Below the pieces are notes generated by a model. That model was not told where the DNA came from and did no database searches. It was given only the letters and a program-made list of their open reading frames with translations. A program made the position numbers and the translations under genes. A stretch of DNA of 63,550 bases, the filler included, from Atractiella rhizophila (taxonomy: Eukaryota), in assembly GCA_021432655.1 (NCBI GenBank). It is 3 parts of 3 records of this genome, joined end to end, with 100 filler letters (N's around TTAATTAATTAA, not from the genome) between each part and the next. Parts side by side here need not be neighbours in the genome. Positions count along the whole stretch, not along the records: positions 1 to 29,705 come from MU271716.1; 2 more parts are not named here. One strand, given 5' to 3'. Positions within the stretch are counted from its first letter, which is position 1. Every line of letters begins with the position of its first letter. Positions 1 to 12,481 of the stretch are shown here, in pieces.

Positions 1-603
1 GGCATCTTGCCTTTCCTCTTTGGCACGTCCTTCTCGATCGTCGGCTCCTTCGCTTCCGATTCATCATTTTGCGCCGCAGGAGAGATATCAGGATCAACTC
101 CCTCGATAACTGGAGCATTGTGCGGCGCCACCGGGTAGCCATTGAGGTAGGGAAACTCCATCCCATAGATATTGGAATCGCTCATTGCCCTCTGTAGAGG
201 TGGAATTGCCCAAGGATCGGAAAAGAAGCCGTTCGTGGGGGAGGGAAACTGCTTAGAACACAAGTCGTCAAAACCATTCGCTGACATAGTAGTCAGACGA
301 ATACATACCAGCTGATTCTTAGGATCTGGAGAGTACATTCCGGACCCAACAGAGTGAGGGGAGGACATCTGACTGCCTGAGGCATCTCTAGCCTGTAACA
401 AGTTAAGTGCTGAAAGCATGGACCGTGGAGAAGTCACTTACGCTGTCGAAAGACGTACGTGAGAGGTAATTCTCAGCTGCGGAAAACTATTAGATCCACA
501 TATCGAGTGAAGAGTAATACTCACTTCCTAAGGAACCGTCGATATGGTTTGGTGGATGAGAGGCAATATCAGACACGGAGCGTCTCGTGCGTGTCGTGGC
601 CAT
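1..603 (-). CDS. Hypothetical protein, 5' part (runs off left edge; at least 4 exons)
   Basis: ATG at 603 (MATTRTRRSVSDIASHPP...), canonical GTGAGT/GTAAGT/GTATGT..AG introns, last exon open to position 1 (FPSPTNGFFSDPWAIPPLQ...); TATAAA on minus strand at 854-859. Confidence 0.6.
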
Positions 604-2850
604 GATAAGATGCTGGATTGAAACGACTGAGATATGGAAGTCGGACAATGACAGATGTCAAAAAAGATGCCGGATCTGGGACGTGCTTAGGCTCTTGCCT
701 TCGCTGAACTGCTCTCGACCGAAATGCAGGCTGAAAACCCAGCGGGTCTGTGCGAACAGTAGCAGCAGAACGCAGGAAATGGGAGGAAGGAGCGCAGGGG
801 GGTTGCTTCGTCCCTCAGAAAAGCAGCAGCAAATGAAGATGGAGCTAGGGTTCTTTATACAGCCGCCCTGATAGCGGATTAGCCTTCATTGGGATTTAGG
901 TGCTGGAAAGAAGCTTACCGAACCTCAAAGTTCTGAATGCACCTCCTATTGGGCTGGGGGAAGAAACTTCGCCCAGTACGGAGAGATGGTATGTAAGGGG
1001 AACCACTGAACTGGCTCAATTGCGGGTCTTTCCAAAAGGTTCAATCAATCTTGACTGGAACCCATTGATAAGCTCAAGCACGACGTCCACGAACCTAAAT
1101 AAAAGGGTGCGTTGGTGGTGCTGGTAGAGTTTGGTTTGGACCTGGGATCAGGGTTCGGATGACTGCAGATCGATGAGCCAGGTCAGGGACTCTTGCGGTT
1201 TTTTGAAGGATGGGTCTCGAGCGAACAATCGGGCTTACTGAAGAGAAGATGAAGAAAGAAAGAGCAGGATAGAAGCGGTGAACATCAACAGACACACCTT
1301 TTGAAGGGTTGTTCAACTGGCCTGACGCCTCAAATCCGTTCTGCGGCACCCGCGGACCGTCCATTCATTCCATTGGCTCACGTGCAATAATGTGTTGCAT
1401 GCGAATGAGTTGGAGGTGTCACATTGCGCTGGAATGCAAAGAAAAAGAAAATCTGTCGGTGATTTGGGTTTACAGTATGTCTTCCAAACTTTCGTTAATG
1501 AATGAAACAATGCAACAGAGATGACGTGCAAACTTTTGTCCAGCTGTGGGATTGGGATCGGTGCACGGTACACGGCAACCTTGAGCTCGAATAATAGCCA
1601 ACCTCGAGGTGATAAGCTTGCACTGGGTGGATTGGGTGGATTAGGTGCTGCTGTCGAGAGGTAATTCTCAGCTGCGGAAAACTATTAGATCCACATATCG
1701 AGTGAAGAGTAATACTCACTTCCTAAGGAACCGTCGATATGGTTTGGTGGATGAGAGGCAATATCAGACACGGAGCGTCTCGTGCGTGTCGTGGCCATGA
1801 TAAGATGCTGGATTGAAACGACTGAGATATGGAAGTCGGACAATGACAGATGTCAAAAAAGATGCCGGATCTGGGACGTGCTTAGGCTCTTGCCTTCGCT
1901 GAACTGCTCTCGACCGAAATGCAGGCTGAAAACCTAGCGGGTCTGTGCGAACAGTAGCAGCAGAACGCAGGAAATGGGAGGAAGGAGCGCAAGGGGGTTG
2001 CTTCGTCCCTCAGAAAAGCAGCAGCAAATGAAGATGGAGCTAGGGTTCTTTATACAGCCGCCCTGATAGCGGATTAGCCTTCATTGGGATTTAGGTGCTG
2101 GAAAGAAGCTTACCGAACCTCAAAGTTCTGAATGCACCTCCTATTGGGCTGGGGGAAGAAACTTCGCCCAGTACGGAGAGATGGTATGTAAGGGGAACCA
2201 CTGAACTGGCTCAATTGCGGGTCTTTCCAAAAGGTTCAATCAATCTTGACTGGAACCCATTGATAAGCTCAAGCACGACGTCCACGAACCTAAATAAAAG
2301 GGTGCGTTGGTGGTGCTGGTAGAGTTTGGTTTGGACCTGGGATCAGGGTTCGGATGACTGCAGATCGATGAGCCAGGTCAGGGACTCTTGCGGTTTTTTG
2401 AAGGATGGGTCTCGAGCGAACAATCGGGCTTACTGAAGAGAAGATGAAGAAAGAAAGAGCAGGATAGAAGCGGTGAACATCAACAGACACACCTTTTGAA
2501 GGGTTGTTCAACTGGCCTGACGCCTCAAATCCGTTCTGCGGCACCCGCGGACCGTCCATTCATTCCATTGGCTCACGTGCAATAATGTGTTGCATGCGAA
2601 TGAGTTGGAGGTGTCACATTGCGCTGGAATGCAAAGAAAAAGAAAATCTGTCGGTGATTTGGGTTTACAGTATGTCTTCCAAACTTTCGTTAATGAATGA
2701 AACAATGCAACAGAGATGACGTGCAAACTTTTGTCCAGCTGTGGGATTGGGATCGGTGCACGGTACACGGCAACCTTGAGCTCGAATAATAGCCAACCTC
2801 GAGGTGATAAGCTTGCACTGGGTGGATTGGGTGGATTAGGTGCTGCTGTC
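461..2850. repeat. Tandem direct duplication, 2 x 1195 bp (461-1655 / 1656-2850)
   Basis: Identical ORFs offset by 1195; only two substitutions noticed (C740/T1935, G797/A1992). Confidence 0.95.
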
Positions 2851-3672
2851 GGAATATTGACAAAATAAGCCAACGGCCTCCTGATGAAGCAGCATGAAGC
2901 GAGCCTTTGACCACGGTTCTCAACACAGACCGGAAGTGATAGCAGATAGCAGATAGCAGGGAGGGGAACGCATGCTCAAACAAGCTCAGAGCCTTGACCC
3001 ACTCTCACTTCCACGGATTTGAGCTTGAGCAAGTCTCATCATCGCGTCATTCCGAAAGATTTATGACTCTCACATATCAAGATCTTTCCCCGGTACGAGC
3101 TTCACACCGGACTCCGTTAGCGGTTTAAATAAATCGTCTCATTCATTGAGAAATCGAAAAGCTCGCAGTTAAAGTCTGCGGTATAACTTAGCTGGAGGCA
3201 CATTTCGCCAACTCCTTCTCGATCTCTGCCGTCATCAGAGGCGTCCCGGTAAGGTTTGAGTAGGTCCCATTCCGCTGGTGAAATACGAAATACAATATCT
3301 TTGGTGGAGCATCAAAGAAAATCTGGTTGACGACTCGGATGAAGAAAGTCGAGTGCCAATAGCCGAAAAAGAGTAGGAGAGAGCCTCAACCCCTTTTTGT
3401 TGAGCTCTAAATTGGCTGGAGTGTTATTTCTGCACCCAGGATGGTTCTTCGGAGCTGTTCAAAGCGTTTGAGGATGTGAGCAATAGAGTGACATAAACCG
3501 AGGCGGCAGCCGACAACGCGCCTTCGAGCGACTAACGTTCAGAATCACATGACTGTGTTCTAATCTCTATTCGCTCGGCAACCGGTGTGACTACAGCCGA
3601 TCGGAAGCGGGTTGAACGACACCTCGACCAATTCCTCTCTTTTCAGCGTCTTTTCAGCTTCCCCAACCGATC

Positions 3673-4949
3673 ATGGCCGTCATGTCAGCCCCCTATCCGC
3701 ATCAAGCTCTGCATCAGCCCGCTCACGATTCCATTCTGTCGCCAGGCGAGATGAGTGCTTTTGGTGAGTTTCTCAGCGACATCGAGCGGGGGGAGGATCT
3801 TTCGCTGCCTATGCCGATGCGTGTCAGCAATCCCATGGCGAGGTCCAACTCAATGACAGCCGGTCATCTACCTCCCCAATACACCTCAGCCAGGAACGGC
3901 ATTTATCCTCCAGGTGCTCCTAACGATGCGATGTCAGATGGTAATGGGCAGAGCAGGGAGGGAAGGGAAGGAAGTGGAGAGAATGGCAAAATCACTATGG
4001 AGCTGGGTCCCTTGCCAAAGCACAACTACGCACCGAAAGACAGGGATGAGGAAAAGTACAAGAAACAAGCGCAGGAACTGAACAACTGGCTCGCTTCACG
4101 AGGTCAGTTTTCCCTCTTCCTATGGGTCACGGAAAGTGTGGTGTTCATGCGTGGCCCTTCGGCTGTGTAAACGATGCAGGGCATTCCAACCTCTCTCCCA
4201 CTTTCGGAATGTCAGCGATGCCACCACTGCAGCAGCAACAGAAGAAGAGGAGAAGAGAAGACTCTCCGCCACGATCTGCTGCACTACACGCTCCTGTAGC
4301 TTCATCGTCAACCAGCAATGACTCGTATCAACTGCACGCCACCTCCTCTTCAGCATACTCGCACGATCAGCATCCTTCTCAGCAGCACCAACATCAATTG
4401 CACCTGCACCATCCTCAACAGGCGCACTATCAAGCACCTCAGTCATCTTATCCATCTAGCCACCAACAACCTCAGCAGACGCAGCAGCCCCCAGCTCCTC
4501 CTCAGCCACGCACAAAACCTCCTCTGCTCACCGAGGCTCAAAAAAAGGCGAACCATATCCTTTCCGAACAGAAGCGCCGTCTAGCGATCAAGGGAGGTTA
4601 CGATGCCCTGTGCGAAGCAGTCCCTTCTCTACGAGCTCAAAATCTTAACGGAAGTGCAAATGGGAACGGGAAGAAAGACAAAAAGAAAGAAGGTGCGAAG
4701 AGCGAAGCTGTGGTCCTTGCACGCAGTGCGTCTTGCTTTCATTCCCTTTTTCGGTGATGCAGTAGAAGCTGACATGTTTCGCTCAATTGCGTTGGAGCAG
4801 CCGTGGAATATCTAAGGGAATTGTTGGAAGAGCGAGAGGGATTGCAACGGCACAGGGAAGAGCTATGGCAAAGAGGAAGGAGCGCAGGTTTATCACAGAA
4901 TGTCTTGGAAGGAGACAGGAGCTGGGAACGGAAGTGGGACACTTGCTAA
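3673..4949 (+). CDS. bHLH transcription factor (Ino4/Mlx-like), 3 exons (3673-4102, 4180-4725, 4801-4949)
   Basis: LLTEAQKKANHILSEQKRRLAIKGGYDALCEAVPSL...KSEAVVLARTVEYLRELL basic-HLH signature; Q/H-rich region; GT-AG introns keep frame. Confidence 0.85.
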
Positions 4950-6231
4950 TGTTTACGGCACAGATGGGAAGTCGATCTCTAGAGGTGTGTGCTCTCGCGA
5001 CTGGAGGATCGGTGAAGAGAGGTTTTTTGTCCTTTCTATGCTTTCTTCGTTGTTCTGGCGCTGGTTCAGTGATACCTTAGTATAAATGGTCCGTGACAAT
5101 GTTGTGTTTTGTGCGTTTGTGGAGTTATTTAGCATGTAAATTTGGGAATAAATATTGCAACCATCTAATTTCCAGTTATCATCCTCAGTGACCATCGTAC
5201 AAGTGCTCAGGAGCCCTTGGGTGGAGCCCTTGGGTGGACGCTGCAATGTACTTGATCTGGTGGAATTGGACGGAGCTCAACATCACCTCTGACATTACCA
5301 CATTATTGGGGAATATTCACATGCAAGGGCCGTATTCACGTGCGTTTCACAATCTCAACTGCTTTCGCGGCATGCATTGTTTATTTTATCCTTTGAATTG
5401 GAGTAAATTGGGTTGTAAAGCCAAGCGTTTCGTCAAACGAGGACGAGTATGAGGGCCTCAGAATTACAGCGTACCATCAGTCGATGAAGATGAAACAGAT
5501 TTCAAGAGAATCATTCCAGTATTATACTACTTAACATGGAAAAGCCAACTGCAACATCAAGCACCTTCCAGTAACCAGTAACCACAAGCAACGCTTGATT
5601 ATAAAGAGCAAGGCGACTCGCAGAGCTCGAACCGAAGGCTCGTTGCTTGCCCGAGCAGGACGGAACATCTCGGAGAGCAGGTGCAGCGCTGCATTGGCAA
5701 TGATGTTTCACTTAGATAGCTCATTATATTAACGCTTCATAAAAACCATTGCTTCCTTCATTGCTCTTCATTGCACTCTTCATTACCGTTGTTGCATGGC
5801 CCGCAGACAACGGCAGTGACAATGCCCAATCAACTGAAAATTATTCACCCAAAATCACATTTGTGCATTCATTTGCATTTATGCGGTTGGAATCGCAGAG
5901 TGAAATCCAGGGGCAAAGGGTTAATGGCAGCACGCTGTGACACAGAAGAAATAGAACGTTGACATTGATTCTGTAATGGAAATCTGTATTGGAGTGACAA
6001 AGCTCGACCAGTTGACCAGCTTGACGTTTTGACGCAAGCAAAGTAACACCGGACATATGTAGGAATAAAGCTGATTGATGACGAAATAAAATGCTTGATG
6101 CGAACCGATAGCAGCTGCGAACGGACTGATGAATGAAAAATGCTAAATCTTGAACCGCCAACAACATGAATAGAATGATTCTAGCTCGCTTGCGTTAGCC
6201 CAGTATATCTAAGTAAGAAAAATACATACTC

Positions 6232-8724
6232 TTATTTCCAAGGCTTCGACTCCTGCTCTTTCTGGACCGCTCGACACACCAGGGGTTCTCTCCAACCTTT
6301 TGATTCATGGGTGCCAGATCGAATCAAGCCCTCCCACCGCATCAACCTTCCAACGTCCTTCCATGATAATTGGATCCTCTTTTCTCGGCATCTCTCACTC
6401 AACTTCCGACCAACACGCATGTTCATCCATCCTTCCATCCCGATGGCCAACCTCTTCAATTTCGGAACAAAAGTGAAGGGAAGTAACATTCTGGCATGTA
6501 TCTCTTCAATGGCCTCTCCCAACTCTGCTGAAGTAGGAACCAACCACGTTATCCCGAGATCTGTGAGAGAGGAAGGAAGTTTGTCGAGCAAATCACTAAA
6601 GTACTCTCGATCGCTTTCCGTCCAAACTAGATAGGCGATGTCGAGGGTCTTGAGATTAGTGCATCGACGCAGTGCCTTAGAGAGAGCAGGGGTGAAGGGT
6701 GCGCGGATAGTGGTGAGGTTTTTCCCAGCGTGAGAAGCGTAGAAGTGAACGGGGAAGGAAGGCGTGAAAGTGTGAGAGCGACCACAATGCACTTTGAGTT
6801 CGCCTATCCACTTGCCGACATCTTTCGCCTGAGTCCAATGCCTCTTCATATCTTTAAGAATTTCGAGGTCAAGGTTGAAAGATCTAAGGAAGGGAAATAA
6901 GATCTCGTCGTCAATGCCGAGTGCGTAATTCCTCAGCGAATCTGTGATCGAAGCCTTGTTCCTGATATGTTGGCGATGCGACATCTTCTCTTTCTCCCGT
7001 TCCCTATCCCAAGACTTTCTTCTGATCGAATCGCAAACCGCCCCGACAGCCCCTAAGCTTCCGAAACTCTCATTCCTCCTCCTCACTGAGCGCAAACTTG
7101 ACTCCCTCGCCTCCTCTTTCCACGGTTCATAATCTCTCAAGACAAACGGGGCATAATATCCCTCTGTCCAATCCGGATAACCCCTCAACTCCAACCTTTC
7201 TAGCCTCAGATATAAATCTACCGTCTTGAGCATGCTCCAAACATTCAGACTGTCCTTTTCCTTCCTCATCCCAGCTCGCCAATCGTCCCAACATCGCTTC
7301 GAAACCCTCAAGCTCCTCAACTTTGGACATCCCGCGAGAGATCGAACAAAGGATTCCCACTCCTTTGATGTAGGTAGGTCCTTCTCATTTGGATCTGGAG
7401 CGTATACGCAGCCGGACCGTCGACGAGGATAGACGCCTCCCCACAACCCGAAGTCCAACTCAACTTCTTGGAACGCTGAGCTTACTCCACTCCCATCCAT
7501 CGCGTCCACAAATCGCTCCATTGTTCTCGCGACCGCAGACCAGTTCTCCTCGTAGAAATTCGACACCTTCAGGGCTCGAATGGGGGATGAGAAGGCGAAC
7601 CTCGGGTGCTCCATTGTTTGCACCAATAGTTCGAAGGATCGTAAGCTGGTGATCCAGACACGTGAATAAAGGATCTCGTTAGCTTGAGCACTCCAAGCTT
7701 TATTGACACGGGAGCAAGCTACGAGAGTGTTCCTCCACATAGCAATAGGTGTGGAAGGATCACTGGGATAGGTGGTGGTTGAAGGGAAATGCTTGAAGAC
7801 AAGGTGGAGAAGGCCAGAGGGCAGGAACGACCATGCACGGAGTCGGAACACATGAAGTCTCGCTCGTCCAATCCCTTCGTAAGGTTGGTACTCAGAGATA
7901 GGGCTGGTAGAATCCGAGCTGGATGGGCGAGAGGAGGAACACTGAAGTCGAAGATCTTGACTGCTCATGGGTTTGATGTGGGGGACGATGATGGCTGGCC
8001 GAAGCAGCGGCATAGAAGGGGACTTGATGGCTGGTCTCTCTACGCGGACAACTGGTTCCTCCCTCCGTTTCCCCTTCTGTTCGATCTCCGCCAACGGCCA
8101 GACAGAACAGGGAGATTGGAGCCTGAATCTGGACGGCGAAAGGGGAGGCGTGGGTAGCGGCATCCTTGGTGGCGGAGACGCTGGCGGTCTCGTTCGCAAG
8201 ATCCTTCTCGCTTTCGAGACCTTTGCCTTCGGTGCCTCCATCGTCGAACTAGACGCGGATACTGGGGAAGTTTCGTCCAGTTCCTTTGTAGAAGGTGTTC
8301 GAGGAGGAGGATACGGAAAGCTCTCACTACTGAAATCCTCGAGGTCGAAAATGCTGGATCCCGTACGCGCAGATATAGAAACTGAGTCGGCTTCGTCATT
8401 TAGATCGTGCGATAAGGGAGGAGACCGCAACCCCAGCTCTTCAGCATCCTGGGGATATGTGTACACCCAACTGCTCCCCGACCAACCCAACTCCGCCCCT
8501 TCGATGCCAAGACCAATGACCTGCCCAGCTCTATGGGGATGTTGCGCGGGGAGGTTGAGTGGAGTGCGTGGTATTGAGTTAGAGGTTGAGGGGCTGCGAC
8601 GCTGTCCTGGAGATGTGGGAGGTGGAGTTGTAGGAGGTGTTGGAGGGAAGGGAACGAGGGGTGAAAAGGAGAACGGGTTGGAAGGGAGGAGTGGAGCTTG
8701 TGGTGTTTCTGATGATGGTCTCAT
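6232..8724 (-). CDS. 830-aa hypothetical protein: Pro/Ser-rich N-terminus, F-box-like and LRR/RNI-like C-terminus
   Basis: Long uninterrupted ORF; LVACSRVNKAWSAQANEILYSRVWI F-box-like segment; LxxLxL repeats (CPKLRSLRV, CTNLKTLDI, SSLTDLGI). Confidence 0.65.
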   Translation of the reverse strand: MRPSSETPQAPLLPSNPFSFSPLVPFPPTPPTTPPPTSPGQRRSPSTSNSIPRTPLNLPAQHPHRAGQVIGLGIEGAELGWSGSSWVYTYPQDAEELGLRSPPLSHDLNDEADSVSISARTGSSIFDLEDFSSESFPYPPPRTPSTKELDETSPVSASSSTMEAPKAKVSKARRILRTRPPASPPPRMPLPTPPLSPSRFRLQSPCSVWPLAEIEQKGKRREEPVVRVERPAIKSPSMPLLRPAIIVPHIKPMSSQDLRLQCSSSRPSSSDSTSPISEYQPYEGIGRARLHVFRLRAWSFLPSGLLHLVFKHFPSTTTYPSDPSTPIAMWRNTLVACSRVNKAWSAQANEILYSRVWITSLRSFELLVQTMEHPRFAFSSPIRALKVSNFYEENWSAVARTMERFVDAMDGSGVSSAFQEVELDFGLWGGVYPRRRSGCVYAPDPNEKDLPTSKEWESFVRSLAGCPKLRSLRVSKRCWDDWRAGMRKEKDSLNVWSMLKTVDLYLRLERLELRGYPDWTEGYYAPFVLRDYEPWKEEARESSLRSVRRRNESFGSLGAVGAVCDSIRRKSWDREREKEKMSHRQHIRNKASITDSLRNYALGIDDEILFPFLRSFNLDLEILKDMKRHWTQAKDVGKWIGELKVHCGRSHTFTPSFPVHFYASHAGKNLTTIRAPFTPALSKALRRCTNLKTLDIAYLVWTESDREYFSDLLDKLPSSLTDLGITWLVPTSAELGEAIEEIHARMLLPFTFVPKLKRLAIGMEGWMNMRVGRKLSERCREKRIQLSWKDVGRLMRWEGLIRSGTHESKGWREPLVCRAVQKEQESKPWK

Positions 8725-10103
8725 GTTGTTGATAGTCGGGTGTCCGATAATAATGAAAATCCCCTACGCTACAAAGAGGACATCAGAAAACTATTCATGC
8801 TAAATATTTCCGGTCAGGAAAGGAGGCAAACAGGTCCAGCAATCCTCCATCGGCACCGCGGAAGTACATCGGCAACAAAAGGAGGGAACAGGAATTTGAA
8901 GGCTAAAGATGATAACGAAATCGACACTTCGACACATGAAATGCTCTCTCAAGCCGAATAAACAACTGAAGGGAAATTGGCCACCACTTGCCTCTTTGGA
9001 ACGACTGCTTTCCTAGACTAGTCAGGCTCAAGCCTCAACGTGATTAACTGTTTATCGTTGATGCCAACTACCATCAACCAGCGCCACCTCCAAGCAAACA
9101 AACAAGCCATCATCTGAAGGTGGCAAACTCGGTTGGTAAGAAAGAAAGACTCACAACATCGACTTGTTATCCTATCCTTCCTCAAGATGCTACCTATCTG
9201 TCGCCTTCTCTGTCTCCCACCAACGCCCGCCTCCTAAATATGCTCGAATACAGTTATGCTCTCTACGCTCTTCCGTCGTCGTCAATCGTCGGAGATACCC
9301 TTCGTAAATGCGCAGCGGCCGCAATATCAAAGCGGAATATCTGCCCTTCGCTCTTTCGTGGCGGGGGAATAATGGAGAAGAGGAGAAGAGTAGGATGCTT
9401 TATGAACCTGCAGGTGGGTCCATCAAATGTCCGCACCGTTACACCTTACGCCCTACAACGCCCAGTCCAATAGAAGTGAGCAATAACGGTCGAATCTTGG
9501 AGTGTTGGGCGGCGAAGACATACTAAGTTATATCTTCTCTCATTCCCATGGCAGTTGAGCGAAGAATTAGGGTCATGCTCTGAGTACTATGAAGCCGAAC
9601 GGAGGAACTGAGCCCTGGACGCGATTACAGTTTGTTTCGTTCCTTCATAGATGTAGAACATCACTCAACTTGAGTGATGCAGGACTGGTAGTAACGGGGA
9701 TGATGGGATGATGGTAATGTACTTATCTGTGTTAGCCTGCCTTAATTAGCCTGATGAGATAAAGGACGTAAATTTCACGGAATGAGCATGATGTCGCCCT
9801 ATACTTTGCACCTGCTGCTTCCTGATGCTCCGAGCCTGAGGGTTATTCCAAAATTCCTACTAGGATATGTCGACCCAGAGTTCTACAGTCCTCAAATCCA
9901 ATCCACCATGCGAAAGCATAATGTTTTTACATCAACCAACATACTACTAGTAACTCTAGTACGCGCCGTGAACTGGAAATTGTGTTGTATGGAACCTCAT
10001 TCGAATATTCATTGTTCGTGTTATCTCAGCAGCTCCACTACTACATTAACACTATTACTGTGATGATCATAATGCCTTTGGACTGATTTATTTGAATCAG
10101 TGA

Positions 10104-11387
10104 TCAGCGGCCCTTTAGTGCCTCCGTGTCTTCGATTCGATACACAAGTTTCTCTCCCGAAACTTTCCCTTCTTGCAGCAATTTCAACCCTTCGTCCACA
10201 CCACCCAAACCCCCAGGCACGAGTCTGACCCTATTCGGTTTAATCTTTGCCTTCCCATTCCTACCCAACCAAGCATACCATGTCTTCGCAAACTCCCTTT
10301 CTCCTTCCACAACCGTGCCTAAAAAGTTGGCCCCATCCTCGTGAATCGCTTTTATGTACACCAAATGGTGCTTGATCAGATCGTTCGAAGGCAGGAGGGC
10401 GATGGTCGGTGGAAGCAAAGGGCGGACCGTCGCGTACTTGCTCGTGCCTCGATCAGGATTAGAAGACAGAAACTCAACAATGACCTGCTGCGATGAAGCC
10501 TCAGAAATCGTGTCGAAGACTCTGGTCACTTGTTTCCCACGTCCTCCCAGTGCAATGTTGAGGGCAGCCACCACCTCTTCAGAAGTTTTGTGGCGATAAT
10601 CGATCACTAACCAGCCCACCCAGAGCTCAGAAGCATAGAATGTCACAAATGGAGCAAAACAGACCTTCATCAGCTCCCAACTCCTTGGCATAGTCTCCAC
10701 TGCTCCCCGCCACAGCTATAACATCCAATCCGCTCGCCTTTGCCAGTTGCACAGCATACGCGCCAACACTCGAGCTTGCTCCCCAGACGACTATCGGGAA
10801 CTTTTCGTCCCCACTTGCTGGCTTGACAGGGGTCGGGAGTTGAAGTTTACTAAAGAGGCCTGCACTTTTCTTAGTATAGCGAGGTATTGAGGTAGAGAGG
10901 AAAGGGGGCAACAAAGAAACTTACCCAGTGCAGCAGTCATGAACCCGAGCGGGTACGTTGCTGCCTCCTCAAATGTGCAATCTGAAGGAAGTGGAAATAG
11001 ACTTTCCACTGGGACAATGGTGAATTCTTGATATGCGCCGTATTTAGAATGCTTTAGCATTTGTGAAAAACCAGCAACCTGAAAGTACCATTTCAGTTTC
11101 GCAAACAGAAGTGGCAAAAAGCGTACCTTGTCTCCCTTCTGATAGCCAGTGACTCCTTCACCAACCTCCTCGACGTATCCAGCGACATCGTTCCCCTCCA
11201 CCGCCGTCCAATCCTTTCCGTACCATTGAGCGGAATACGCGGGATACTTCCAATCCTTAGGGTTGGAAGCAACTGCTACATTGCGCACGAGAACCTCTCC
11301 TTTCTCAGGACTGTATGTTGGAACTTTCTTCAGCTCTCGTTTGAAGCCCGTTGAGAGCACGCCTAGTTGAGTTTCCTGTAAAGACAT
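10104..11387 (-). CDS. MDR-family (GroES-like, NADPH-dependent enoyl/quinone reductase-like) oxidoreductase, multi-exon
   Basis: VLVRNVAVASNPKDWK, EGNDVAGYVEEVG, IVVWGASSSVGAYAVQLAK Rossmann motif, GKVSGEKLVY C-terminus. Confidence 0.9.
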
Positions 11388-12481
11388 CCTTGGTTTTCAG
11401 CTTCCTTTCAAGTTGGGCGACATGGTGTTTTATAGACAGCAGCCGAGGCGTCGGCGTTCTACGAACTCTGGCGGACCAGCATCAATTCATGGTCGGTGGT
11501 CTCGGTGAACTTGACGAACTAGGAATAAATGGAAGAGGTGGAGGCTGCTGTGATGCTGAATGTGGTGGAGGCTACCTAAGCACACAACAATGTAGTTCCC
11601 AACTTTCAAGTTCGCGAGAGCAGTGGTACTAATCAGCCAGTCAGCCGCCTAGGATTATTAATACTCAAAGACCGGGCGTACGCTTCGTCCTCTGGTACTT
11701 GACGAACAATATTTTTAAGAACGTTTGAATCTGAATGGTAAAACTTGGTTTGCATGGGTTAGACTAGGCGTCTAAGTCTCCCGTAAGTTCACGCGCCATA
11801 GCTTTCGTAATTTAATCTACACTCCAGCAAGTGTAGAAGAATAAATTGTTTTACGAAGGTAATATTGGCACGACAACTGAAGCAAGAATTTGTTAGCTTG
11901 CAAGCGGACAGGAGCATTTCCATAGCTCAAGTGACGAACTTGAACCACAATTCCTCCCCCACAGCCCCTCCCATTCAGAAGTCCAATCCAAGATCCCAGA
12001 AGGTATCATTTTTCTTATCCCATCAACCTTATTTCCTGCGCGATCCTGCACTCTCATTGCGCGTCCATGCGACGTTTGTTTGCAAGCGACACTGAAGAAA
12101 TCACAAATTCACCAAGTGTTCATGAAAAGGCGTGACTTGTTAATGAGCAATATACTCATTGGGAGAAAATTCTTTTAGTCACATTCAAAGTAAGCAGCTT
12201 TTGTTCTGTTTCGTGCCAAAAGTATGGCGAATATTGGTCTGGCCTGCGGGAAGCTCTCCCAGCCCAGGAAGCTACTTGGCCATTGTAAGAGGTCGTGGTT
12301 ACGACAGTGTAGACGAGAACACAGTTATGAAAGTGCAACTAAATTAGAACCTTGTAATAAAGAAGAAAAGTGACGAGAGGTCGCAGTCTTGATTGGTCTA
12401 TTTCCTCACCCCTGCTCTCATACCTGTACTATCTCTCATACTAACTACCCACATTGTGCTAGACGTTTTATTCTTTCTAGA

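Noticed and set aside
740..1992. RIP-like mutation in the tandem duplication
   Set aside because: Only two transitions, in different contexts; no statistical support
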